Assembly: GCA_045803545.1 (NCBI GenBank)
Contig: JBJMOW010000005.1
Coordinates: 480,001-544,000 of the forward strand
Direction of reading: 5' to 3'
Length of the DNA stretch: 64,000 bases
Origin: Gemmatimonadaceae bacterium
Lineage (GTDB): Bacteria; Gemmatimonadota; Gemmatimonadetes; Gemmatimonadales; Gemmatimonadaceae
Below are positions 20,056 through 28,721 of the stretch, piece after piece. The notes beneath the pieces were generated by a model that had not been told where the DNA came from, ran no database searches, and worked only from the letters and a program-made list of their open reading frames with translations. The translations under genes and the position numbers were made by a program. The number at the start of each line of letters is the position of its first letter. The first letter of the stretch is position 1.

Positions 20056-21074
20056 GGGATGTAGCGCACGATTGGTGGGCCTATGCGCGTCGCGACGGAG
20101 GCAGGCAAGTATCGCCACAAGCTTGGCGCCCATCGGAAGGGACCATGTTGCGGCGACGGAGTGATCGCACTCGTTCCCGCCGGTATGCCGTACCACCACA
20201 GTGGGACTTCACGACTCCCCCATTGCAGCTTGAACCGATGCGTGCCAGACCCCGGGGAGCATCTTCCGAAATTGAAGCACGTTAGCCCTTCGTTGATTGC
20301 ACGACGCATGCATTCCCAGTAGAGCAGCATGTTCGGCGAATGAACATTGAACTCTCGTAGCGACGATGCCCACGTCATCTCAAACTCACCGCCAAAGCGG
20401 AAGCCACATCCTGCCGCGACTGGCTCGTCCTTGTAGTACGCGCACGCAAACCAGCAATCCTCCGAGAACTGGTCAGCAATGCTGCGAAAGAGTTCTAGTG
20501 GCTGCGTCGGCGTTCCCAGGTCGCGCATGTGTCGCGAGAAAACTGCGAAGAATGGTTCGACTTCAGCGATACCGAACCGAACGGTGACACCAGCTTTCTG
20601 GGGCCGTCGAATCTGACTCCGTAATTTGGCGCTGAAGCGGGACATAAGAGCATCCGCGCTATCCGGTAGATCGAGGACGAGCGTGATCTTGCGATGCGAC
20701 GCGGGAATCGACACTGGAAGTGGTATGCGACTGCGCAGCTCGAGAAGCTTGACTCTTTCCATCCTCGCAAGCGCGCTTGCTTCATCGACGAGAGCGCGGA
20801 CTGCTTCTGGTGTACCCAGCGGACCGCCGTAGTTGAGGAACGGCATCGAAACCAAGTAATGCCCGAACACCAGACTTCGCACTCTTACGAGTGGTAGCAC
20901 GCCGAGCAGTTCGCCGTCCCAGCCCCGCGCCGCAAGATAGATACACTCGTGGCGAAACACGCGCTCCATTAGTGCTCGCCAACGGAATTGGTGGAAATGG
21001 CTCGCTCCGTTCTGTGTGGCGGCGAATTCATTCCACTCCTCCTCGGTCCCTCCGTAACGCTCCACCTCGATCAT
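20052..21074 (-). CDS. FemAB-related GNAT protein (XrtA/PEP-CTERM EPS-system type)
   Basis: LVSMPFLNYGG, KLRSQIRR, MRDLGTP, PNMLLYW and FGR...SGT..FK.QWG motifs; TGATG coupling to the upstream gene. Confidence 0.9.
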   Translation of the reverse strand: MIEVERYGGTEEEWNEFAATQNGASHFHQFRWRALMERVFRHECIYLAARGWDGELLGVLPLVRVRSLVFGHYLVSMPFLNYGGPLGTPEAVRALVDEASALARMERVKLLELRSRIPLPVSIPASHRKITLVLDLPDSADALMSRFSAKLRSQIRRPQKAGVTVRFGIAEVEPFFAVFSRHMRDLGTPTQPLELFRSIADQFSEDCWFACAYYKDEPVAAGCGFRFGGEFEMTWASSLREFNVHSPNMLLYWECMRRAINEGLTCFNFGRCSPGSGTHRFKLQWGSREVPLWWYGIPAGTSAITPSPQHGPFRWAPSLWRYLPASVATRIGPPIVRYIP

Positions 21075-21961
21075 CAAGCAGCCCCTTCCAAGTAGCGCTG
21101 CTCGCCGAGCGCTAGAACTTCTTGCAGGCACGATTCAATGGACGTGAACCGGAACTCGGCTAGCAATGCCTCAATTCTTTGGAGTGTTTTGCTGAGGCCG
21201 CGGTAATGCCGAATGCGATTAAGAAACGAGGTGCGCAACTGCGGTTGCCCTGGATCGATCTCCCAAGGGTGGATATAAAAGGTGCCGTGTTCACCCCGCC
21301 TCACCGCGTCACGAAATGCGCGTCGCACTATTCCGAACGGAAGCTGCCGAAGATAACCGCCTCCGGCGGCGGGAACTCTATACCTGAGAATGCTGGCCGT
21401 AGCGAGCGGGAATTCCGCTAGACGGCCCGATTTCCGAACGATTATGTGAGGGTCGGGACAGGCGTTAGCGTACCCATATCCACTCCTGCGAATGGGGAAG
21501 ATGCTTGAGTCGTACTGATAGCCTTCCTCGAGAAGGACGTCGAACGCCCACTCAATGCCTGGAATGATCGAGAAGTTGGGTGCCCGATAACCGATTACAG
21601 GCCTACCCGTCAACTGCTCCACAGACGACTTCCCCTTTCTCACATCCTCGCGAAATATTTCGGGATTTTGCACGCTTACGCGTTCGTGCCAGTAGCCGTG
21701 TGAGGCGATTTCATGACCACGGCTGGCAATGCTGCGCACCACTTCCGGCCGATGGTCCGCGAGCCAGCCCAGCACAAAGAAAGTTCCCCTGGCGTGGTAT
21801 TCGTCGAGGCTATCTAATAGCAGGTCTATACTGTGGCCGACGCGCGTGGTGTGCGAGCCCCAATGTTGACGCGAGACAACCGACTCAAGCGCTCGCACCT
21901 GGAAGTATTCTTCGACGTCGACGGTGAACAGTTGCGCCGTGCGGCGATCGTTCGATGGCAT
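21074..21961 (-). CDS. Polysaccharide deacetylase (XrtA-system type, DUF3473-containing)
   Basis: TVDVEEYFQV, TFFVLGW, HEIASHG, GYRAP.FSI, GGGYLR and FYIHPWEIDP.QP motifs. Start is ATG 21961 or TTG 21973. Confidence 0.92.
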   Translation of the reverse strand: MPSNDRRTAQLFTVDVEEYFQVRALESVVSRQHWGSHTTRVGHSIDLLLDSLDEYHARGTFFVLGWLADHRPEVVRSIASRGHEIASHGYWHERVSVQNPEIFREDVRKGKSSVEQLTGRPVIGYRAPNFSIIPGIEWAFDVLLEEGYQYDSSIFPIRRSGYGYANACPDPHIIVRKSGRLAEFPLATASILRYRVPAAGGGYLRQLPFGIVRRAFRDAVRRGEHGTFYIHPWEIDPGQPQLRTSFLNRIRHYRGLSKTLQRIEALLAEFRFTSIESCLQEVLALGEQRYLEGAA

Positions 21962-22009
21962 TCGGTTAGGCAATTGTCGGCTGAAAACGTTCGTCGGCCG
22001 CCCCGATTC

Positions 22010-22024
22010 GCACTTCAGGTGCCA
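22010..22024 (-). promoter_or_regulatory. Sigma-54 -24/-12 promoter candidate for the deacetylase-FemAB-DegT operon
   Basis: TGGCACCTGAAGTGC: TGGCAC...GC with exact GG-N10-GC spacing, about 50 nt before the start codon. Confidence 0.7.
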
Positions 22025-22026
22025 GC

Positions 22027-23388
22027 TTGATATGTTCGCTTAGCTCCGCTCACCCCCTTCCAGACGGGACGAACTGCCATCTGACACCCCTCGTAGACAC
22101 CAAACCCGACCCAGAGAACAAGTCTGTTGCATCGCGGCAACACAGGGCGCTTGGCTACGCCGTCACCAGCCTCAGTTTAGTCGCAATCGGCGTTGCGACG
22201 TTGACCCCGAGCTCCGGGCACTCGTTCGCTCGCGCGTGCGTCCTCTGCGGATCGTACGGGACGACCGATGCGGTGCTAAACGTATTTCTGTTCGTGCCAC
22301 TCGGAGCCGGTTTATATCTGAGCGGTGTCAATGGTTTGAGAGCAGTGGCGATCGCCTGTGCTTTGTCTATGGCAGTCGAGCTCACTCAACTTTTCGTGAT
22401 CCCTGGACGCGATGCAACACTCGGCGACGTGATCATGAATACCATCGGAGCGTCACTGGGATTTCAGGTCGCGCTGAAATCCAAAGTCTGGCTCACTCCC
22501 AGGCCAGGCGTCGCCGCCCGGCTCGCCATCGTGTCGGGCACCGGTTGGCTTTTGCTGCAAGCGATGACGACTGCGGCTCTTATGCCCTCGTACCCGTCCA
22601 GCGACTACTATGGTGAAGTCGCGCCCAGCCTGGCGGGGTTCGCAAAGTTCCGCGGTGCAGTGAGGAATGCGGCGGTCGGCGACATCCCCATCCCCAACTC
22701 ACGGTTTCCGTCGACAGACGCTGTGATAAAAGCGTTATCGGCTGGGAGCGCTCTTTCTGCAACGGCGATACCCTCCGCGCTGAGCAATGAAGTTGCGCCT
22801 GTCGTTCGGATCGCGGACGATCGACAGCGGGAGATTGCAATGCTCGGACTGCGACGCGGTGATTTTGTGTTTCGGGTGCGGACTGTCGCGGCGACTCTAC
22901 GTTTGAGGCCGCTGACTTTTGCCCTGACGATCCCGCCGCGGGAAAGCACGGATCAAACCAGTGCGTTGACGGCGAGCGGTCAATATCAAAGGAACAACGT
23001 AAGCCTCCGCACCGCGGATTCACAGTCGGTTGTAACCGACCAAATTGCTGTCTCACCCGCGCTCGGCTGGGCGCTGTTCGTTCCGTTTCAGTGGTTCGTT
23101 CGCTCCGGAATGCGTGAGGAAGCCCTGGAATGTCTGTGGGTTGCTCTGATTCTGGTCCCGCTTGGCTACTGGGTAGGGCGATGGAGCGCGCGATCCGGAT
23201 GGGCCGCTGCACCAGCGCGTATCATCACGGCGGCGTGTATTGAAATATTGTTGGTCACCGCAGGGTTGGTCGGCTTGCCTTTGTTGCTCGGCCTGGCGAG
23301 TGTATCGCTCGCCGAATTCTTGCTGGGAGTCTTCGCCGTCGTCGCTGCGCAGTCCTCAGTGCTCTTCTGGACCAATCGTTCCGCATGA
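22027..23388 (+). CDS. VanZ-like membrane protein with a large soluble insert
   Basis: D.VLNVFLFVPLG, VELTQLF.IPGR and DVIMNTIG VanZ motifs. The true start is uncertain and probably later than 22027. Confidence 0.75.
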   Translation: MICSLSSAHPLPDGTNCHLTPLVDTKPDPENKSVASRQHRALGYAVTSLSLVAIGVATLTPSSGHSFARACVLCGSYGTTDAVLNVFLFVPLGAGLYLSGVNGLRAVAIACALSMAVELTQLFVIPGRDATLGDVIMNTIGASLGFQVALKSKVWLTPRPGVAARLAIVSGTGWLLLQAMTTAALMPSYPSSDYYGEVAPSLAGFAKFRGAVRNAAVGDIPIPNSRFPSTDAVIKALSAGSALSATAIPSALSNEVAPVVRIADDRQREIAMLGLRRGDFVFRVRTVAATLRLRPLTFALTIPPRESTDQTSALTASGQYQRNNVSLRTADSQSVVTDQIAVSPALGWALFVPFQWFVRSGMREEALECLWVALILVPLGYWVGRWSARSGWAAAPARIITAACIEILLVTAGLVGLPLLLGLASVSLAEFLLGVFAVVAAQSSVLFWTNRSA

Positions 23389-24524
23389 CCCACAATCGTC
23401 CAACTCTACTCGCTGTCTCACCGGTTCCACCATGGCCGGCGTCAGATGGAATGGCGCTGCGTGTGTCGCGATTGATCACAGAACTCGTACGCAGCTGGTC
23501 GATAGTTCTGATCTGTCCTAGCGGAGGCGAGTCAGGCTCTGCAAACGGGGTCGAGCTGTCCGCGGAAATAAATATCCCGAAGAATTCGAAGTGGATGTAC
23601 TTACCGACTCAATACGATGTCGCACCCGTCGTTCGACTCGTAGCGGACGCTATACGCGCTTATCAGCCGCAGGTCGCATTGCTCTGGGGAGGAATGGATT
23701 ACCTGAAGCAGGAGCTTCCGGAGATGCCGCCGGCAGTCAACGATCGTGTGGACTGCATGACCCTATCAGCGTGGCGTCAATTGCTACTGGCACGTGGTCG
23801 CACAATAGCGAGGCGTCTGAACCAACTCGCAGACGTCGCCTGGTATGAGTTGCGTGTTCGTCGCGGCTGCGATGCAACCGTCGTCGTTGGGGAATCGGAT
23901 GCGCGTGTGCTACGCACTTTGCTCGGAGTCAGAAACGTGCATGTAGTCCCGAATGGTGTTGAGATGCCGATCGCGCAGCCCGTGGCTCGATCCGCGCAAC
24001 CCACAGTGATGTTCACCGGAGTGATGAACTACCAGCCAAATATCGATGCTGTGCTTTATTTTGTGCGCGATGTCTGGCCAACTGTTCGCAAGGACGTTCC
24101 GGATGCTGTTTTTCAGATTGTAGGGCGGAGCCCAACGCCCGAGATCCTTGCGCTGCGGTCAGAACGAGGCGTTGAAGTTCACGCCGACGTGAGGAGCGTG
24201 CAGGAGTTCCTGGCGCGGGCGTGGCTTGCGGTTGCACCAATGCGCACGGGATCGGGGATCAAAAACAAGGTGCTGGAGGCCTGGTCAACCGGCACGCCCG
24301 CGGTGATGACGCCGATCGCCTCGAACGGATTGCGTCAGGCACCTTCGGAGCTGCTGCTCACGGCAGACGGGGACGCCTTAGCTGATTCGATCTCCGATCT
24401 GCTGACGGATCGGCCGCGTCGCACAAGACTTGGTGAACTCGCTCGGCAGACGGCGCGTAATCTATTTTCATGGCGCGGACAGGCAAACGCGCTAAATGGG
24501 CTGCTGAAAACCGCAGCTGGTTGA
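23385..24524 (+). CDS. Glycosyltransferase family 4 (PEP-CTERM/EPS-locus type)
   Basis: PWP..DG, VPNGV, FTG.M.Y.PNIDA and VAPMR.GSGIKNKVLEA motifs. Confidence 0.9.
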   Translation: MTHNRPTLLAVSPVPPWPASDGMALRVSRLITELVRSWSIVLICPSGGESGSANGVELSAEINIPKNSKWMYLPTQYDVAPVVRLVADAIRAYQPQVALLWGGMDYLKQELPEMPPAVNDRVDCMTLSAWRQLLLARGRTIARRLNQLADVAWYELRVRRGCDATVVVGESDARVLRTLLGVRNVHVVPNGVEMPIAQPVARSAQPTVMFTGVMNYQPNIDAVLYFVRDVWPTVRKDVPDAVFQIVGRSPTPEILALRSERGVEVHADVRSVQEFLARAWLAVAPMRTGSGIKNKVLEAWSTGTPAVMTPIASNGLRQAPSELLLTADGDALADSISDLLTDRPRRTRLGELARQTARNLFSWRGQANALNGLLKTAAG

Positions 24525-24542
24525 CCGGTACCGAAAGCTCGG

Positions 24543-25520
24543 TTACGCCGCCCGACCCGAGACGTATCGCTTCAGACGACCGCGTGCAACATTGGCGTCT
24601 CTGAAATGATCAATCCAGTCCTCGGGTGAGCGAAAAAGTCGGCCGGTTCGATAGGAGACCTCGGCGATCAGCGCTTCTTTCCACAGCCACAAAGGTCGCC
24701 CAAACGCCCGTGGTTCGCCGTTATCGTTGCGTCCGAGTAGACCAATTACTTCACCGGATCCGGTGAAGTATTCGCGCAAATAGTCGAGCGTTTGACGGTT
24801 CGGTGGAATGAAGTGGCGAACGCGCGCTTCGGGAATCCAACGACCGATAGCTCCTTTTGCGAGCAGTCTGCGCGCCATGATCATCTCCTCGCCGCGAATG
24901 CCGCTATTCGGTCGAGGGCCGAGGCGCGTGTCATAGGGCTCGGCGAGGTGCGCGCTTCGCTTTAGAGCCATGTTGGCGCCATACGGATACATGTTCTTGG
25001 AAAGCTCAAATCCCGTCGGTCCGTGATCGAGGGATGCGTACGCGTTGGCTACTTTGTGGAAGACTCGTTCGAGCCACGCCGGCGGTTGCACTTCGAACCA
25101 CGGGTCGATCGCCCCCGCAAAAATTGACACCTCTGGCCATTGTCTGAACGCAGTTACGTAAGCGGATAACCAGTCGGGATCTACGAGCACGTCGTCGTCG
25201 GTCCAAACGAGGTATTCGCCTCGCGCTTCGCGGACGGCGCGATTAGCTGCGTGAGATTTCCCCGGCGTAGGCTCGAACAGCCTCACCACCGGTAGTCGTC
25301 CGACGAACTCCGCCAGCACTTCATCGGTGTCGTCACTGCAGTTGTTGTTGACGACGATAAGCTCCCAACTGACACCGTCGGGAATGCGCAGCTGTGACAT
25401 CTGCTCTAGCGTTAGTCGCAGCAGCCGACTTCGGTTCCAGGTGCAGATGATCACCGAGACATCCGCGCGAACAGGTCGCACTATCACGGATTCAACAACT
25501 TGGTCGTTGAGTTTCGCCAC
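24543..25520 (-). CDS. Glycosyltransferase family 2
   Basis: SVIICTWNR, VVNNNCSDDT, WTDDD and GANM motifs. Confidence 0.92.
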   Translation of the reverse strand: MAKLNDQVVESVIVRPVRADVSVIICTWNRSRLLRLTLEQMSQLRIPDGVSWELIVVNNNCSDDTDEVLAEFVGRLPVVRLFEPTPGKSHAANRAVREARGEYLVWTDDDVLVDPDWLSAYVTAFRQWPEVSIFAGAIDPWFEVQPPAWLERVFHKVANAYASLDHGPTGFELSKNMYPYGANMALKRSAHLAEPYDTRLGPRPNSGIRGEEMIMARRLLAKGAIGRWIPEARVRHFIPPNRQTLDYLREYFTGSGEVIGLLGRNDNGEPRAFGRPLWLWKEALIAEVSYRTGRLFRSPEDWIDHFRDANVARGRLKRYVSGRAA

Positions 25521-25549
25521 GGTAATAACGCGAGCAAGCGGGTTACGGA

Positions 25550-26485
25550 TTACGATTGGCCTGGCGACGCAGTAGCCTGCGTGCTCGTCGGATTGAGCAG
25601 GGCGACGAACGAACTGTTGCCACCATACTTGACTCCATTGCCGTCACCGTTGCCGTAGGACTTCATCGCAGGGGATAGATCTGGAACCAGACTTGGCTCG
25701 GGTGACGAGCCCTGTCGCCAAACTTCCCACGGCGCCTGGCCTTTGGCATATAGTTCGTCGAAATGCTGCTTGTCCTTGAACGTGTCCATTGAGGCGGTAA
25801 AACCATCGTGCTGGTAAGTGAGCAGCTGGTTCGCCGCGATCAGCCGGTCGAATGGTTCCATCACCAGCTCTTCCCCCGGGAGCATATAGTCGAAGATCTC
25901 ACTGCGAAACAGGAAAAAACCGCCGTTGATTCGCAGATCGGTGTCCATCACCGGCTTTATCTCGCTGACGCGGCCGTCTGCTCCGGAGGTCACCGCGTGA
26001 AAACTCAGGTTGGGTTTGACGCTGACAAAATTCGCGATCTTGCCGCCCCACTTGAACTGCTCGATCACGGACGGGAGGTGCATGTCTGTCAGACCGTCGG
26101 CGTAGTTAGCGAGGAAAGCCTCCTCACCCCGAAGGTATTTGCGGACCGCCATCAGTCGCTGGCCGATATTGGCGTTTACGCCAGTATCCGCGAACGTAAT
26201 TCGCCAGTCCGAGATGTCGCGATTCATCAGCTCGACCTCGCGCCCGCCGTTGGTGAGCACGAAATCGTTGGACCCCGTTTCCTCGTAATTCAGAAAAAAC
26301 TTCTTGATGACATCGGCGCGATAACCGAGGCAGAGAATGAAGTCTGTGTGACCGTAGTGGGCGTAGTACTTCATGAGATGCCACAGAATCGGACGATTGC
26401 CAATCGGCACCATCGGCTTGGGAATGTCTTCCCCGGCCTCGCGCAACCTCATGCCGAGGCCTCCACAGAAAATCACGACTTTCAT
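25550..26485 (-). CDS. rfbF: Glucose-1-phosphate cytidylyltransferase
   Basis: FCGGLGMRLRE...PKPMV.IG.RPILWH.MK.Y, NYADG, INGGFF and MDT.KD motifs; ATGA coupling. Confidence 0.9.
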   Translation of the reverse strand: MKVVIFCGGLGMRLREAGEDIPKPMVPIGNRPILWHLMKYYAHYGHTDFILCLGYRADVIKKFFLNYEETGSNDFVLTNGGREVELMNRDISDWRITFADTGVNANIGQRLMAVRKYLRGEEAFLANYADGLTDMHLPSVIEQFKWGGKIANFVSVKPNLSFHAVTSGADGRVSEIKPVMDTDLRINGGFFLFRSEIFDYMLPGEELVMEPFDRLIAANQLLTYQHDGFTASMDTFKDKQHFDELYAKGQAPWEVWRQGSSPEPSLVPDLSPAMKSYGNGDGNGVKYGGNSSFVALLNPTSTQATASPGQS

Positions 26486-27540
26486 GCGCCGGACTCCGCA
26501 AATGCTGTCGCTCCAGCGGATGTCCACCGCAAAGACTCATCGAGCATGCCCGCGGATTGCAGCGCACGAATCCGCTTGATTCGGAAATAGCGATCGCCAA
26601 ACAGCTCCTCTCGAGTCAGGCCATATCGCTCGAATGCATCACGCAGTTGTTCCATGCCACGCCGCACCGTCCATTGCGGCTGGAACTCCGGTAACGTGCG
26701 GCGCAACTTGCTGCACTCCACCCGATAGCATCTCGGGTCAGGTCCGCCTCCCTCGGCGTAGCGAACTTTGCTGCCGGGGACGACTTGCTCCACCAACGCG
26801 CCGAGGTCGCGAACGCGATAGTTCTCCTCCGACCGGCCCACGTTGAAGGCCTGGTTGTGAATCAAGTGTCGGGGCGCGTGCAGCACGGCGATAAAAGCAC
26901 GTGCGATGTCTTCAATGTGTACCAGCGGTCGCCATGGTGTTCCGTCGCTCTGAATCAGGACTTCGCCCGTGGTAAAAGCGACGGCAACGAGGTTGTTCAC
27001 AACGACGTCAGCACGCAATCGTGGTGACAGGCCATAAGCCGTGGCGTTTCGCAGAAAGGTGGGACTGAAGGTTTCGTCGGCGAGCTCGGACACGTCACGC
27101 TCGAAGAGAACCTTCGTCACGCCGTAGGGAGTGATCGGGTTGAAAGCTGCGTGCTCTGTGAGCATCTCATCGCCCGCGACGCCGTACAAGCTGCACGAAG
27201 ACGCGAAGATCAGTCGAGAAACGCCGGCTTCTTTTGCGAGGCGTGCAAGGCGAACGGAGCCGATATGGTTTATATCGAAGGTGCACTGTGGGTTCACGTC
27301 GCCGAGCGGATCATTCGACAACGCCGCCAGGTGCATTACGGCGTCGAACCCTCGCAGATCCTCTACCTCAACGTCTCTCAGGTCGATGCGAAGAGCGTCG
27401 ATCGGAGAAGCATCAGAACCGAACGTACCACCCTCGAAAAGAAAGCTGTCGAGACCAACAACGTCGTGGCCCGCGGCGCGGACCATCGGCGCCAGAACGG
27501 AGCCGATGTAACCGTTGTGACCCGTAATTAGAACGCGCAT
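26482..27540 (-). CDS. NAD-dependent epimerase/dehydratase (extended SDR)
   Basis: TGHNGYIG, HLAALSNDP, SSCSLYG and YGVTK motifs. Confidence 0.92.
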   Translation of the reverse strand: MRVLITGHNGYIGSVLAPMVRAAGHDVVGLDSFLFEGGTFGSDASPIDALRIDLRDVEVEDLRGFDAVMHLAALSNDPLGDVNPQCTFDINHIGSVRLARLAKEAGVSRLIFASSCSLYGVAGDEMLTEHAAFNPITPYGVTKVLFERDVSELADETFSPTFLRNATAYGLSPRLRADVVVNNLVAVAFTTGEVLIQSDGTPWRPLVHIEDIARAFIAVLHAPRHLIHNQAFNVGRSEENYRVRDLGALVEQVVPGSKVRYAEGGGPDPRCYRVECSKLRRTLPEFQPQWTVRRGMEQLRDAFERYGLTREELFGDRYFRIKRIRALQSAGMLDESLRWTSAGATAFAESGA

Positions 27541-28466
27541 TAGGCTGCGCCGACCAGGGTCTCGACGGCCTCGGAACCGATCAGCGGTGTACCGCTCTCA
27601 TAACTCAGACACACATCTTCCGGGAGGTGCTCGAGGTCGGCGACGCGCAAATAGTCGCGCATCGTAGTCCCGGTGCATTCGGAATCGATGTTCGGTGCCC
27701 CTTTGCGATTCAACACGTCGCCAAAGTGGACGGTTCTGAAATCGATGCTGAATCTCGTGCGGCCGGAATCGTTCGGAACACTGGAGTGCATTTGGGCACC
27801 GGCGAAGAGGATCATGCCGCCCGGCGCTGGCAACAGTCTCAACTGGGGATCCAACTCCATCGGCTCCTCAGGTTTCGGCTGTACTCGCGTGTCCGTCTTA
27901 ATGTGCTTCGCCGCTTCGACGCGACTCGTCAGATTCCATTCCGCGTAGTTGTAGTTTCGTGAGCCGTTCTTCACCGGCCGGTTCCAGTATCCCGGATGGA
28001 AGGCCATCGCGTTCGACGGAAGGATCGGATAGATCGGCAGCCACCAGTTGATCTGACACATCGGCGCTGAATACCAGGTGTCACGATGGGGATGAAATGC
28101 GTAAGCGATTCCCGACGTCAGGTAGTTCTCGCTCGTGGACGTGCGCATGCGCGGCACGTCGAAGTAGGTTAGTTCAGGATCACAACCGACGTCGGACAGG
28201 ATCTGCCGGATGTATTGCTTAGAACTCGGGTGATGGATGAACCGAGGCTTTAAATCGGTAAGAAGAGCCGCGTATTCCTCGACGGGCATGTCATGCTGCG
28301 CAAGCTCCGGATCGCGGCCTTGGAATGCCTCCTCGACCATCTCGCGGGCAAAAGCCACCAATTGTTTGGCGCCCGGCGTTGCCGTGTAGACAAACAGCTG
28401 CCCTTGATACAGAAGGTTCCGACGCTCGTCGTCGCCGAGCGCGGGGTCGAAGAAAACGGAATTCAT
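27540..28466 (-). CDS. Putative Fe(II)/2-oxoglutarate oxygenase (PhyH-like fold)
   Basis: HRD (HxD), INWWLP, distal H in MHSS and RFSIDFR; GGAGG RBS. Confidence 0.65.
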   Translation of the reverse strand: MNSVFFDPALGDDERRNLLYQGQLFVYTATPGAKQLVAFAREMVEEAFQGRDPELAQHDMPVEEYAALLTDLKPRFIHHPSSKQYIRQILSDVGCDPELTYFDVPRMRTSTSENYLTSGIAYAFHPHRDTWYSAPMCQINWWLPIYPILPSNAMAFHPGYWNRPVKNGSRNYNYAEWNLTSRVEAAKHIKTDTRVQPKPEEPMELDPQLRLLPAPGGMILFAGAQMHSSVPNDSGRTRFSIDFRTVHFGDVLNRKGAPNIDSECTGTTMRDYLRVADLEHLPEDVCLSYESGTPLIGSEAVETLVGAA

Positions 28467-28542
28467 GGTGCCTCCGCCGAAGGCGTGCGAGGAGTGTGCG
28501 ATTTTCGGTTGGGTCGTGATTATGTTGTCGGCGGTCTCGAGG

Positions 28543-28557
28543 GCAACTCACGCGCCC
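28543..28557 (-). promoter_or_regulatory. Sigma-54 promoter candidate
   Basis: GGGCGCGTGAGTTGC (GG-N10-GC, ending TTGC), upstream of the 28466 operon. Confidence 0.45.
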
Positions 28558-28721
28558 ACATCGCTCTTCCTTCGACCCCCCAAAACGAGGGCAAACTGCG
28601 ACCCTGGTTGAACCTGTGGCGTGCGTCCGACAGGTGTGCGGCGAAGGGTCAGCGCGCGAGGTCTGACTTGCATTGGGGGCACATCAATTACCGAGCACCC
28701 CTGATGGCCGTGAGCGGCTTC

